From the NCBI RefSeq assembly GCF_000143415.4, contig NW_003314404.1:248036-312035 (forward strand): a DNA stretch of 64,000 nucleotides, written 5' to 3'. The stretch is from Selaginella moellendorffii (taxonomy: Eukaryota > Plantae > Lycopodiophyta). The notes beneath the pieces were generated by a model. The model saw only the letters and a list, made by a program, of their open reading frames with translations. It was not told the DNA's origin and did no database searches. Both the position numbers and the translations under genes were made by a program. This document shows, piece after piece, positions 48,622 to 61,519 of this stretch (position 1 is the first letter of the stretch; each line of letters begins with the position of its first letter).

Positions 48622-51580
48622 TGTTAGGCGCCAGCTTTGACCATGTGATCAACGTTGGTAAAAGGGAGGCTCAAGGGTATGTTAAAGTATGTTAGGGTGA
48701 AGAACTTAACCTACCCTAAGGCTCACAGTAGAATAATGGCACAGTGGAGCTTTTGAGGTAGCTCGGGGGTGATTAGGTGGTGAGGAAGCCCAAGAGGTGG
48801 TGTAGTATAGTCTAGGGTGACTAGTTCTCTATTTTTTTGCACCGGATCATAATATTGGTATCAGAGGAGTTGGTTGTGATGGCCGACCAAGCTAAATGCT
48901 AGAATTCTATTGTCAATGGTGGTGCCGACGATAGTGCCAATGAAGCTGTAGAGATTTGGACCATTCAAGATGTGGTTCATGAGCTGCAAGCCCTTAATCA
49001 AAATCAGCAAGAGATGCAAGACAAGATGCAAGACGAGATGCATGGCATGATAGATACCATATGTGAGCGTGTTGAAGCACTCGAGGTTGGACAGGGTAGT
49101 GCTCCAAGTAAACCTTCTTTGGTAGATTGATTCAAGATTCCAACTTTTTCCGGTGATGGTGGTGTGGACGAGTGTCTCGCTTGGCTAGCCAATGTGAAGA
49201 AGTTCTTGGCTGCTAGGGGAACTCCAGATGCAGAGGCTTTAGTGGCTATTCTAATGGTTTTACGTGATGTGGGTCTTTGATGGTGGAATTAGCTTGAGGA
49301 GTCTCATATTGCAGATAAGAAACCACCAATGTCTACCATGGATGAGTTTGAGGCTGCTTTCCGCTTATATTTTGCCCCTTATTACGACATGGAGAATGCT
49401 CGCTCGGGGACTATATTGAGAAGCTTACTCGCTTGATTAGTTGTGTTCCAACGAAGGATCCAGATCAGAACAAGTCATACTTCATTGATGGCTTACATAG
49501 TGAGAGCATGCAGCAACACTTGCGTCATTCTCAGCCTACAAAGAGTTTGGACGAGCTCTTTGATGCGGCTTGTTGACTTGATAATGACAAGCACAAGTCT
49601 CGCAAGCGTTCGTAGAGTCATTTTGTCGAGAATTGTCGTGATGATCACCGTGGACACAAGGATGGGAACAAGCATCACAAGCTGAAGCCAATGGTGATTA
49701 CTTCAGATGCAAAGGGGTCCAAGAAGTAGAAGTTCTTTGTGAAGAATTATAAACAGGGTTGTCATCATTGCGGCGAACTTGGACACTATAAAACTGATTG
49801 TCCACAGTTAAAGAACAAACAGCAGGACAAGAAGAATGGCCAATCTTCTCCTCACGGTAAGTCAAATACTAAAAAGTTCCAAACTTTGCAATGTGAGGAT
49901 GACGAAAATGACCATTTCGGTTGGAGGAAGAGACTTTTGATTGTTGCTCGTCAGCTCAATATTGTGTGGAACAAGATGGAGCTCGAGGATACGTGTGAAT
50001 CAACTTTAATGTTGGAGGGCATGTTCCGTGGCGATCCAGTGCGGATTTTATTGGATAGTGGGAGCAATGACAATTTTGTTTCGGCAAAGTTTGTTGCGGA
50101 GCATGGCCTGGTCACATGTGGAGTTCTTCCATACACAGTGGAAGGTGCAGTTACTTCTACTTAGCATTTCGATACTTGTATCGAGGGGCTGGAAATGTTG
50201 GTTGGCAAAACTACACTTATGAAGACTTTTTATCTCGTGGATATTCATCATGTGGATCTCATTCTTGGGATGCCATGGTTGGTGAAGGTGGATCCAGAGA
50301 TAAAGTGGAATATTAAATGTATCTCGCTGGAGTATTGTGGCATTAAAGATGTGTGGTTTGGCGAGGGCGTTCAGCCACTAATTGTTATGCTCTCTGCTAC
50401 ATCTTTGAAGCGGGCTTGTCGTAATGGAAAAGCACTTTCAAGTTACTTGCTGTTTGTTCGTGACTTGGGGGACCAAGGCACGTGTGGGGGAGAAGCAGCA
50501 GTACGGGATATACTTGACAAGTTTTCTGATGTTTTTCCATCTGAACTTCCTCATGGATTGCCTCCGTTACGAGGTATGGAGCATGGGATTACATTGGAGC
50601 CATGGACACGGCCAATTTACCGGTGTCCATTTCGGTTAAGTTATGCGGAGGAGCAAGAAGTTCAACGACAAATCAAAAAATTACTTGAGTTTGGATTTAT
50701 TCAGCCAAGTAAGTCTCCGTTTGGTGCTCCAGTCTTGCTTGTGAAGAAGAAGGATGGTTCAATGCGAATGTGTATTGACTACCGCACTTTGAACAAGAAG
50801 ATAGTGAAGGATAAGATGCCGATGCCACATGTGGATGATATCCTAGACAAGCTTAATGAAACATGAGTGTTTACCAAGATTGATCTGAGGAGTGGATATC
50901 ATCAGATTGTAATGGATGATGCATCTATCTCCAAGACGGCATTCAACACAAGCTTCGAACATTTTGAGTTTATAGTTATGCCGTTTGGTTTGACGAATGC
51001 ACCAGCCACATTTACTCGGTTGATGACGGAGGTATTTGGGTGTTATTTTCATGAGTTTGTGGAGATTTTTCTGGACGATATTTTTGTTTTTAGCAAGAAT
51101 ATGGAAGAGCATAAGATGCATTTGCGCAAGGTTCTTTTGTTGTTCCGAGACAGCAAACTTTATGCGAAGAAGAGCAAATGTGAATTTGCAAAGTCGGAGG
51201 TGGAATATTTAGGCCATATTGTGACATCTAAGGGTGTCAAGATGAATCCAAGGAAGGTGGCTGTGGTGGAAAACTAACCTACACCGACTACACTGGCCAA
51301 GTTGCGTAGTTTTCTTAGTATGGCTAGTTACTACTGACATTTTCAGCATAAATTTGCAGAGGTGGCTATTCCTTTGACGCGGTTGTTACGCAAGAATGTG
51401 TCATTTGAGTGGAAGAAGCCACAAGAGGAGAGTTTTGTAACGCTGAAATGATTGTTGAGTGAGACTCCAGTGTTTTGCATTGCTGATCCATCGAAACTTT
51501 ATGAGGTGACATGCAATGCGAGTGGTTATGCACTGGGAGGAATTCTCATGCAAGAGGGACAACCTATTGCATATGAGAGT
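48622..51580 (+). mobile_element. Ty3/gypsy element, 5' part (LTR, Met-i PBS, gag Zn knuckle, protease, RT, partial RNase H)
   Basis: TGTTAG start, TGGTATCAGAG at 48856, CHHCGELGHYKTDC, LLDSGS, FLDDIF. Fused directly to PPR copy 3. Confidence 0.9.
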
Positions 51581-54500
51581 TAAACTTTGTACACATGTAT
51601 GCCTAGTGTGGCAAGTTCCTGGATGCCAAGGCGGTGTTTGACTTCATCGCCAGCAAGAATGACAGGACTTACGCGATCATGATCGCGGCGTGCGTGAGGA
51701 AGGGCCGCCCCTTGCAAGTGCTGGAGCTCTGGGGGGAGATGGAGGAGCGAGGCATTGTCATGGACAAGTTTATAGTGACGAGCTTGGTGGCGGCTTGCAC
51801 CAAGCTCCAGGCACTCGAGGAGGGGCGGCAGCTCCACGAGCACCTGATCATCATGGGCTTCCGAACGGACATCCCACTCGAGACGGCCTTGCTCCAGATG
51901 TATGGTAAGTGTGGCAGCCTCGACGATGCGAAGAGGGTGTTTGAGGGGATGGAGATCAAGGACTTGTTCACATGGTCGTCGATCATCTCGGTGTATGCTC
52001 ACGCCGGGTGGGGAGAGATGGCAGTGGTGCTGTACAGGAGGATGATCTCCGAGGGGGTGGAACCCAACGTGGTGACTTTCGCTTGCGCTGTTGGTGGCTG
52101 TGCTAGTGTTGCGGGCCTGGCTGATGGACGAGCGATCCACCAGAGGATTCTAGTGTCCAAGGTTCTGCAGGACGATGTTCTACAGGACTCGCTGCTCAAC
52201 ATGTATCTCAAGTGTGACGAGATGGTGGAATCCAGGAAGGTGTTTGAGGGGATGAAAGCCAGGAACGTCAGGTCCTACACGGCGATGATATCGGCTTACG
52301 TCCAGGCTGGGGAGCAAGCGGAAGCTCTGGAGCTCGTCTCCAGGATGAGCAAGGTGGAGGCTATTGAACCAAATCCTTATACGTTCGCCACCATCCTGGG
52401 TGCTGTTGAAGGGCTGGGTAACTTGGAGAAGGGGAGGAAGGTCCACAGGCACCTGGCTTCGCGGGGATTCGACACAAACGTTGTCATCCAGAACGCGCTG
52501 GTGACAATGTATGGGAAGTGTGGGAGCCTGGTGGAAGCTCAGAAGGTTTTTGACTCCATGACGGCTAGGAACGTGATCTCCTGGACTTCGATGATCGCGG
52601 CCTACGCTCAGCATGGGAATCCACAGGAGGCTCTCAACCTTTTCAAGAGGATGGACGTGGAGCCGAGTGGTGTGAGCTTCTCCAGTGCTCTCAATGCCTG
52701 TGCACTGCTGGGAGCTTTGGACGAAGGCCGAGAGATTCATCACCGAGTTGTGGAAGCCAATCTCGCATCCCCGCAGATGGAGACTTCCTTGCTCAGCATG
52801 GACGCGAGGTGTGGAAGCCTGGACGACGCGAGACGCGTGTTTAACAGGATGAAGACGAGAGACGCCTTCTCTTGCAGTGCGATGATCGCCGCCTTCACAC
52901 AGCATGGTCGTAAGAAACAGGCACTCAGGATTTACAGGAAGATGGAGCAGGAAGGTATTCCAGCCGACGGAATCACGTTCGTGAGCGTCCTGGTTGCTTG
53001 CAGCCATACTTCACTGGTGGCTGATTGTTGAGATTTCTTCCAGTCTTTGATGATGGACCACGGGGTGGTACCATTGGTGGAGCACTACCTTTGCATGGTG
53101 GACGTCCTGGGCCGCTCGGGAAGACTGGGAGATGCCGAAGAGCTGGTGGAAACTATGCCATATCAAGCAGACGCAGTGGCCTGGATGACTTTACTGTCGG
53201 GTTGCAAGCACCACGGTGACTTGGATCGTGGTGAGAGAGCCGCCAGGAAAGTTTTCGAGCTAGCACCGGCAGAGACTCTCCCTTACGTCTTCCTCTCCAA
53301 CATGTACGCCGCTGCCAAGCGATTTGATGACGCTCGAAGAGTCCAGAAGGAGATGGAGGAGCACAGAGTGACGAGGCCAGTGGCAGCAAGCTACATCGAG
53401 ATTGACAACAAGCTACACATGTTTACGAGTGGTGGTAGAGACGAGCAGCAAGAGGGTCACAACGGCCGGACGATGGAGAGGGTCTGGTCCCTGCTGCTGG
53501 AACTTTTAGAGCAGCTGGATACGTCCCCGACACAAGGGAAGTTGGTAGAATGCATAATACAGCACCCCCCCTTATTTAGGGTGGGCCCCGTTTGCTTATT
53601 TGGATTTACATGCCTTATATGCGTATGCCACCTCATTACTATAAATTAAATATTGTTCTAGTATATTATTTTCAACTATTTTTAAGTATTTAAAAGTACA
53701 AAATCAAATATATTATTTATTCTACTATAACAGCATTATCTTGATTGTATAGCTTAATATGACTGCATAGAATATTAAATGTAGCTTCCTTTCTTTCAAT
53801 ATATATTTTTTGCCAAATGTATTTTTGAAAGTAAGGTTGTATCATAGCGAGCAAGGGATCTTTTCACAACCTAGATTATCAGATCGATATCTCATTGGTT
53901 GATGACATCTTTCACATTCTCTTTCTTGTGGAAGAAGACCAACTGTAATACAAAAAGTAAAAGAATTTACTTTATTATTAGTTCTCTCAATAAGATCAGA
54001 AAAAGAAAGAATACTATCTTGAGCATGATTTACATATTCCAATTTAGCCATAATACTAAAAAGAATGAATAAAATAAGAAAGAAAATATAAGGAGCACAA
54101 ACATAAAACACAATGAGGAAAAGCCTAAACTAATCATAGGTTATATACTTATAAATTATAGCCGTTCATTCACTGGCTAATTATAAAATTATAGTCGTTA
54201 ACATATCCGTTAACAACATCTACTAATTAAAGTTTAACGTTACTAATTTAGAGTTAGTCGTTAAACATTTAGGGTGCGACTAAGCGCGCCACGGAGGAAG
54301 CGAGGAGTGAGCGTGGCAAAGGGGCAACCACGTAAGAGTGAGGGGTGCTGTATTATGCATTTCTTCCGGCTTGCCATCGCCTACAGATTGATCACTGCCA
54401 AAGATCCAGACGATTCTCGTCCAAACTCGGTCACTCTAGATGCCACCAATGCACCAGTGCGAATATCCCCTTGCGTCTTGGAAGCTCCAAGCAATGCCGT

Positions 54501-54713
54501 CCATTCCACTTCCATGGGATTGTACGGAAGGCTGTCCACCAGATCCATGGCATCTTTGATCTGAGAGTCGTCAACAGCCACCGGGTGTGCTCCGACTGCC
54601 ACTCTGCGATCAAGCTTCTCTCAGATATCACTGAGAAGAGGATTTTTGTGAGAGATGGGAGCCGGTTCCACCACTTTGAGAAGGGAGCCTGCTCGTACGG
54701 GGATCACTGGTGA
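51581..54713 (+). pseudogene. PLS-E-DYW PPR pseudogene, copy 3 (5'-truncated, two insertions)
   Basis: Stops at ~51604 and 53029. Insertions at 53544-54367 and ~54423-54560. Confidence 0.9.
53544..54367 (-). mobile_element. Non-autonomous Merlin/ISXO2-like TIR element
   Basis: ~25-bp TIRs GG(T/A)AGAA(A)TGCATAATACAGCACCCC. Internal ORF fragment GLLPQERECERCHQPM resembles the Merlin N-terminal Zn ribbon. Confidence 0.6.
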
Positions 54714-54915
54714 AGTTACGTTTCTTTATGTTTCACGTGGTGGGCACAGAGTTGGCGGGGACAAAGTCAGAACAAGAAAATCGTGCCGCATAAAGGTAGG
54801 TCGCAAAGTCAAGTTCCTATGTGGCGCACCTTGACTGACTGATGGATTGCAGGGCTCTCCGTCAAGAGAAGGGAAGTAGTAACACGTTGAAGTTGAAGTT
54901 GAAGTGAAGTTGCAA

Positions 54916-57254
54916 ATGATGGAACTCATGATCTGGCTGATCCTGTTGAGCACGCTTGGATCCTCTACAGCATCACTCAACGCACACAAAGCTGGGGTCT
55001 TGGTTGCATTGAAAAGGAGCCTCCTGGGACTGGGAAACACCTCAGACTGGACTGTGGAAAACTCCGATCGAGCATGCACCGACTGGAAGGGAGTGATTTG
55101 CAACAGTGACGATTCAGAGGTGGTGGAGCTTCATCTGGCAGGAAATGGATTCACAGGTGAGATCTCGTCGGTGGCACTCGGGCAGCTGGCGAGTTTGCGA
55201 GTCTTGGACGTGAGCAAAAACCTGCTGGTCGGATCTCTTCCTGCGGAGCTCGGGCTGCTGCAAAGCCTGCAAGCTTTGGACGTCTCGGGTAACAGACTGA
55301 CTGGGAGCTTACCTCGGGATCTCGGCAATTGTAGCGCTCTTCGTTTTCTCAACGCCCAGCAAAACCAGCTTCAAGGTCCGATACCGCCCCAGCTGGGAGC
55401 GCTCCAGAGGTTGGAGATACTCGTCCACAACAACCGCTTGTCAGGTTCTCTTCCTCCGTCCCTTGCGAACTGCTCGAAGCTCCAGGAGATTTGGCTGACG
55501 AGCAATGATGTTGAAGGGGAGATTCCGCAGGAAGTCGGGGCTATGCAGGAGCTGCGAGTATTCTTCGTGGAGAGAAACCGGCTGGAAGGGCTCATTCCAC
55601 CAGTTTTTGCAAACTGCTCGTCTCTCGAGCTCTTGGCGCTCGGGGAGAATTCTCTGGGCGGGAGGATACCAGATGAGCTTGGACGGCTCGAAAACTTGGT
55701 GGCACTGTCGCTGCATAGCGTGCAGCGGCTGGAGGGGCCAATTCCTCCTGAGATCAGCAACAACAGCAAGCTCGAGTGGTTTGATATCAACGGAAACTCG
55801 CTCATGCATGGCTCGATTCCAGTGTCGCTGCTTCAGCTCCCGCGCTTGGCCACCTTGCAACTCTCTTATTTCAACAACACCTCCGACCGTCCGGTCCCGG
55901 AACAGCTCTGGAACATGACTCAGCTCGAGTTTCTGGGAATCGGGAGGACAAACAGCCGAGGGATCCTGTCATCGATCGTCGGAAACTTGACAAGGCTTCG
56001 GTCGCTGAGACTCAACGGGAACCGCTTTGAAGGAAGCGTTCCGGACGAGCTGTCCAAGTGTACCAGGATGGAGATGCTGATCCTCTCCAACAACAGACTC
56101 CTGGGAGGCGTTACTCGATCGCTTGGCACGCTTCAGCGTCTCAGAGTTTTGATGCTCGGTGGAAACCAGCTCTCCGGAGCAATACCAGAGGAGCTCGGGA
56201 ACTGCACCAACCTGGAAGAGCTGGTCCTCGAGAGGAACTTCTTCCGTGGAGCAATACCAGAGTCCATCGCCAGGATGGCAAAGCTTCGGAGTTTGCTCCT
56301 CTACGGAAACCAGCTCTCCGGAGTGATTCCAGCTCCAGCTTCGCCAGAGATAATCGACATGAGGCTGCACGGCAACAGCTTATCAGGCTCCATCCCTCCC
56401 TCCGTTGGCAACCTTTCCAAACTTTCCATACTCTATCTCTCCAACAACAAGCTGGACGGCTCCATCCCGGCGACTCTCGGACAGCTTCGACGATTGACAC
56501 GGGTGGACTTCTCCGAGAACCAGCTCACGGGTGGTATTCCTGGCAGCCTCGCAAGCTGTGACACCTTGCAGCTACTGGATCTATCCTCCAACCTCCTGAG
56601 TGGAGAGATTCCGGCGTCCATCGGTGAATGGACCGGCTTCCAGACCGCGGACAAGAACCAGGCTCTCAACATATCGTCCATGACACCGTTTGGAGTGTTT
56701 CCGGAGAACTCCACCGATGCATACCGAAGAACTGTGTCCGAGGATATGGCTGGCGCCTTGGATGGACACACGTACCAGCAATACGCAAGGGAGTTGGAGG
56801 CGACTTGTCGGCGAACCAGCTCACCGGTGAGATTCCCACAAGCTTGGGAAAGCTGGCTGGAGTCCGGGAGCTCAACTTGTCACACAACTGGCTGTCTGGA
56901 GGCATTCCATGGACTCTGGGAGAGATGACGTCCATGGCAGTGCTGGATCTCTCTTTCAACCGGATCAACGGGACGATACCAGGGGGACTGGCGAGGCTTC
57001 ACTTGCTCAAGGATCTGAGGGTCGTGTTTAATGACTTGGAAGGCAGGATTCCAGAGACTCTGGAGTTTGGCGCGTCGAGCTACGAGGGAAATCCAGGACT
57101 GTGCGGGGAGCCTCTCTCCCGGCCGTGCGAAGGAGATGGCCTCGTGGACGTGGGCGATGGTGTAACTTGGTGGAAGGAGAACGTCTCCAATGGGGCGTTT
57201 GTAGTGGGATTTCTTGGTGGGTTCTTCACTTTTTTGGTTTCTACTGGCTTTTAG
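54916..57254 (+). pseudogene. LRR receptor-like protein, copy 3, frameshifted
   Basis: 13-nt deletion at ~56800 relative to copy 2, plus deletion of the TM end and tail. Confidence 0.88.
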
Positions 57255-58999
57255 GGTTGAAACAAATGTTGTTGCAGAAGCATGCAAGGCAATCACTAGG
57301 GGAGGATATATCCTGCTATCAATTCACTCTGATGGAACCGATAGACCTGGAGCACTTCATGCAGATTGAATATGAGGTGCTTCGAGGCTCTGTTTTTGAG
57401 GAGCTTTCTGTTGCTTACGTACTGCTTGGAGCTATGCCTAACAGTTCCTTTTTTACATTTACTAATTCTTCTTAGGTTGATGGTGTGCATAAATCTGATC
57501 TTGGCAACAATCTATCACATTAAGGAGTTGCTGAACTTTTTGGGCCACCAGATCCAGCCAATTGCAACCGTCCAATAGAGGGTCAACTGTAAAAGGGTTA
57601 TTTATTGCTCGAAGGCTCTACGAGAATCCAAAAGCAACTCTGTTATGGAGCCTTGCGCAAGAATTCCCCGTCATGGCCAGCCTTTCAACAATTTCTGAAT
57701 TTGATGCGTTTGAAAGTAAGAGTTACAATTGTAGTGGATAGTGGTAACATAATTTCAATAAAGAGTGGTGGTGCTGCTTTGCTAGTTAACATTGTGAATG
57801 TCTGCAATGTAATTTTTTGTGCTTTACTCTTCAATGAATGGAATGAAGTGATTTATAATCCCAAAACCCATTTCGTTGAGCTGATAGATTATGTATATCT
57901 TTGGTGGCATCACTAGATTAAAATCCAAAACTAGCAGAGATTTAAATTCTGTTTAACACAAGAGAGTAAATATTTTTATGTAAATAATTTTATTTTTTAA
58001 TTCTTTATGAATAAAATAATCAACTTTATCTAAAATTATTCTGTTTTATAAAGTATTATAATATTTGAATAGTTTAGGTCAAAATTAACTTTTATAATTT
58101 AATTTTAACAGTACTTAAAAATATAATAAAAAATTATATTCTGTACAAATGGCCTGTCTAAAAATCATTAAACTATATAAAACTCAACACTAGGCAATGG
58201 CATATCGGATTGGTATATCAAATGTGGGTTAATTTAATTTTATAAATGTGTAAGACCATAATTAAAGTTTCAAGTGTTAATATGAAAACATTAAACAACT
58301 TTTATTAACAATAAGAGTACATATTATATTTTTATATGTAGCCTTAGCTATTTATAATTTAATTCATTATCATGTAATATTTGATTAAACAGTAATATTT
58401 TAAAATATTTTTACTAATTGCAAATATAGTTTATTAGTACATAATACTATGGAATATAAGATTTTAATTTATAGTTTCTATAACATATATATTTACAAAT
58501 AATTATTTTCTTGATTAGATCTGGGTAGTAATATATTAATGTTCCTAAAAACTTATTTTTTTATATCCTAAGTAAAACGTATACGTAATGAATGTCTTGC
58601 AGTAAATATTCTCTTTTTTTTGATAAAATCATAATAAATTTATCCCAAGTAAAAATATAATTTACATATAACATATTTTTAATAATATAAAAATAATTTT
58701 TACTTTTTTCTTTGTCAGGTATTTTTTTAAATATAATCATATTTCAAAATAATAATTTGTAGATAATATTTTTATTAATGGATATTTATTCTTACTTATG
58801 CCTTGGAATATATTTTGTTCTAGATATTTATATTATCAAGTTTATAAAAACTTATTTTTGTATTCATCTAGCATTTTCTAGGCATAATTCCCTCAATCAA
58901 AGTGGAATATAATATTTGTTATTTTGATACTATTCCAATTTAGCTTTTAATATATTAAAAAATAAAAACAATAGTTTACTAACTACACAGAATATGCTG

Positions 59000-59523
59000 G
59001 GCAAGTGCAATTTATTTCCAGGCATGCTGAAACTTTTTCAATGGAACTTGAAAGCCCGAATGAACCAGTTGCCTTGGCAAATGATCCAGCTGACCCAGAA
59101 GGTACTTTTCAAAACATACTGCACTCTACATGCCGCTGTTGTGTAAGACACCGAAGCTGCAGAGCCACACTAGAAAGAAATAGAATTTATAGCTTCCAAA
59201 GTACAAAGCCTGCAAGCAGCCTGATTGTTGCAAGTGAGAGCTCCAAACAACTCACCATGCTGGGTAGTGATATTGCTTGAGGTGCGGAGCATATCAGTCA
59301 AGGCTGCTCCAATAGCCCTGGTTGATGGATCCCAGACAGATAATTTTGCACAAGAGCATACTAACGTGTTGGCTAGGTAGCTCTTCCAGCAAAGTCCAAG
59401 AGCTGCTGGAGCTGGAGCTGGAGTTGGAGGTTGAACTGGAGAAATTCTGGGAAGAGGATATCTCTTGGCTCCAGCAATTGTGATTACGAGGGAGAGTGCT
59501 AAGAAAACTTTACCTTGCTCCAT
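59000..59523 (-). CDS. Small secreted Pro/Cys-rich protein (possibly pseudogene)
   Basis: Signal-peptide-like N-terminus, PPTPAPAPA, several Cys. Inverted paralog at ~59925-60534. Confidence 0.5.
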
Positions 59524-59563
59524 TTTCTATGAACTATGAACTGCCTGTTTTGACCTTGGAAAC

Positions 59564-59565
<2 letters not shown>

Positions 59566-59638
<73 letters not shown>
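59566..59638. repeat. (AT)n microsatellite
   Basis: Direct reading. Confidence 0.95.
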
Positions 59639-59641
<3 letters not shown>

Positions 59642-59942
59642 TCATGAAGAAGGCCTCGATATTTCCCCACCGGCTGGCAAATGATTTGAAGTAGACAATT
59701 ATTTGACCACAATTATATAGGCTGGCAATTGTTATCTAGAAGCATATGAATTAACTATTAAATTAAGAACATCAGACTCATTCATACCTATACTTGTTTG
59801 CTTATAATACAAAAGAAATGCTAGAGCAAACTTTAAATCATTTGTCCACTTCTGATCATTTGCGGAGCCTTCCTCCTGACTTTTATATAAATTACAGGTT
59901 TCCAAACCGAACAATATCAAAGGCAATGACCAAGGAAAGTTT

Positions 59943-60395
59943 NNNNNNNNNNNNNNNNNNNNNNNNNNNNNNNNNNNNNNNNNNNNNNNNNNNNNNNNNN
60001 NNNNNNNNNNNNNNNNNNNNNNNNNNNNNNNNNNNNNNNNNNNNNNNNNNNNNNNNNNNNNNNNNNNNNNNNNNNNNNNNNNNNNNNNNNNNNNNNNNNN
60101 NNNNNNNNNNNNNNNNNNNNNNNNNNNNNNNNNNNNNNNNNNNNNNNNNNNNNNNNNNNNNNNNNNNNNNNNNNNNNNNNNNNNNNNNNNNNNNNNNNNN
60201 NNNNNNNNNNNNNNNNNNNNNNNNNNNNNNNNNNNNNNNNNNNNNNNNNNNNNNNNNNNNNNNNNNNNNNNNNNNNNNNNNNNNNNNNNNNNNNNNNNNN
60301 NNNNNNNNNNNNNNNNNNNNNNNNNNNNNNNNNNNNNNNNNNNNNNNNNNNNNNNNNNNNNNNNNNNNNNNNNNNNNNNNNNNNNNNNNNNNNNN
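59943..60395. other. Assembly gap (N run)
   Basis: 453 N. Confidence 1.
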
Positions 60396-61244
60396 TCTCT
60401 TTGGTGTGGTCAGCAGCTCGGTATATTACACAGCAGCAGCATGCAGATTGCAGTATGTTGTTATGAGAAATTCGAGCTGGATGGGCTTGGATCATTTGCC
60501 ATGGCAATTGGTTCATCGGGCTTTCAAGTTCTAAAGGTCCATTCTTAGTTGGCATTATGGAATTAAAGAATGTCGATGTCACAAAGGAAAATAAGATTCA
60601 AAGTAAACTTTTTTACGGTTTCTTACCACACGTCCTTTTGAAATATTTTTGTGAGGTTTTGGGCCAGCCAGTGGGTGCACAGCAGGTGTGAGTGACACCC
60701 GTCTGCTTGCCTGGTAAAGCTCTCTTTTTTTTACCATGGCTCCTCCCAGCCACGAGGTTTCCAGGGGAAGCGGGAGAGGGGGCACTGCTGCCCAGCAGTG
60801 ACAAGGACAGTGGATCGCTCATGTGTTTTTCTTTTGCAGGGCCGCATAACTGTTATGTAATTTAGCATCTGTTGGCAGCCCAGGCGGGACAGGCTCAGCA
60901 GACAATGCAAGCTGTACATCTCTGTGCTCTTCTTTCTGCCTCGACACAGCAAGGAATGTGTGTGTTCTTACTGGAATTCCACCATGCTGAGCGGCTGCAT
61001 TCCCTTTTCCAGCGAAAGGAGCACAAATCGTCTGAGCAGGATTTTGGCAACGAGCAGCTGCAATGGTGTGGCCAGAGGCATCGACAGGGAAGCAGCGGCC
61101 AGGGATTTGCTGGAATGGATGGCAAGCAAGGGTGTGGCAGAGCCTGGAGGTGTGGAGGTGAGGCATGGGGAGCTGTTTGCCAAGTGCAGCATGGACCCGG
61201 CTCAAATCTCCTTTGTTGTTTGATGGATGTTTCCTATTTTTGAT

Positions 61245-61327
61245 CAAGCAGGGGATTTGCTTTCATCACGTACAAAAGTGTTGAGGCCCCAAGGAAAGCC
61301 ATCGATGATCCCAACAAGACAATAGGG
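61245..61327 (+). pseudogene. RRM (UBA2-like) exon fragment
   Basis: SRGFAFITYKSVEA.RKAIDDPNKTIG (RNP1 motif) followed by a GTAAGT donor. Confidence 0.5.
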
Positions 61328-61519
61328 GTAAGTTATCCAAACATACCGTGGTTTTTATTAACGAGTCTATTCTTCTAGGGAATGCATTGTCAAGACGCCT
61401 AACAAGATCAAGATTGGAAAATGTAGAAGACAAAGAGAAAAGCTAGTGAAAACAAGGAAGAGGCCTTAGACTGGCATTGATTCAGATTGTGGAAAAATGA
61501 AACAAGGCTAACCTATATA

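Noticed and set aside
59794-60582. 246-aa and 221-aa ORFs
   Set aside because: Artefacts of translating through the N gap.
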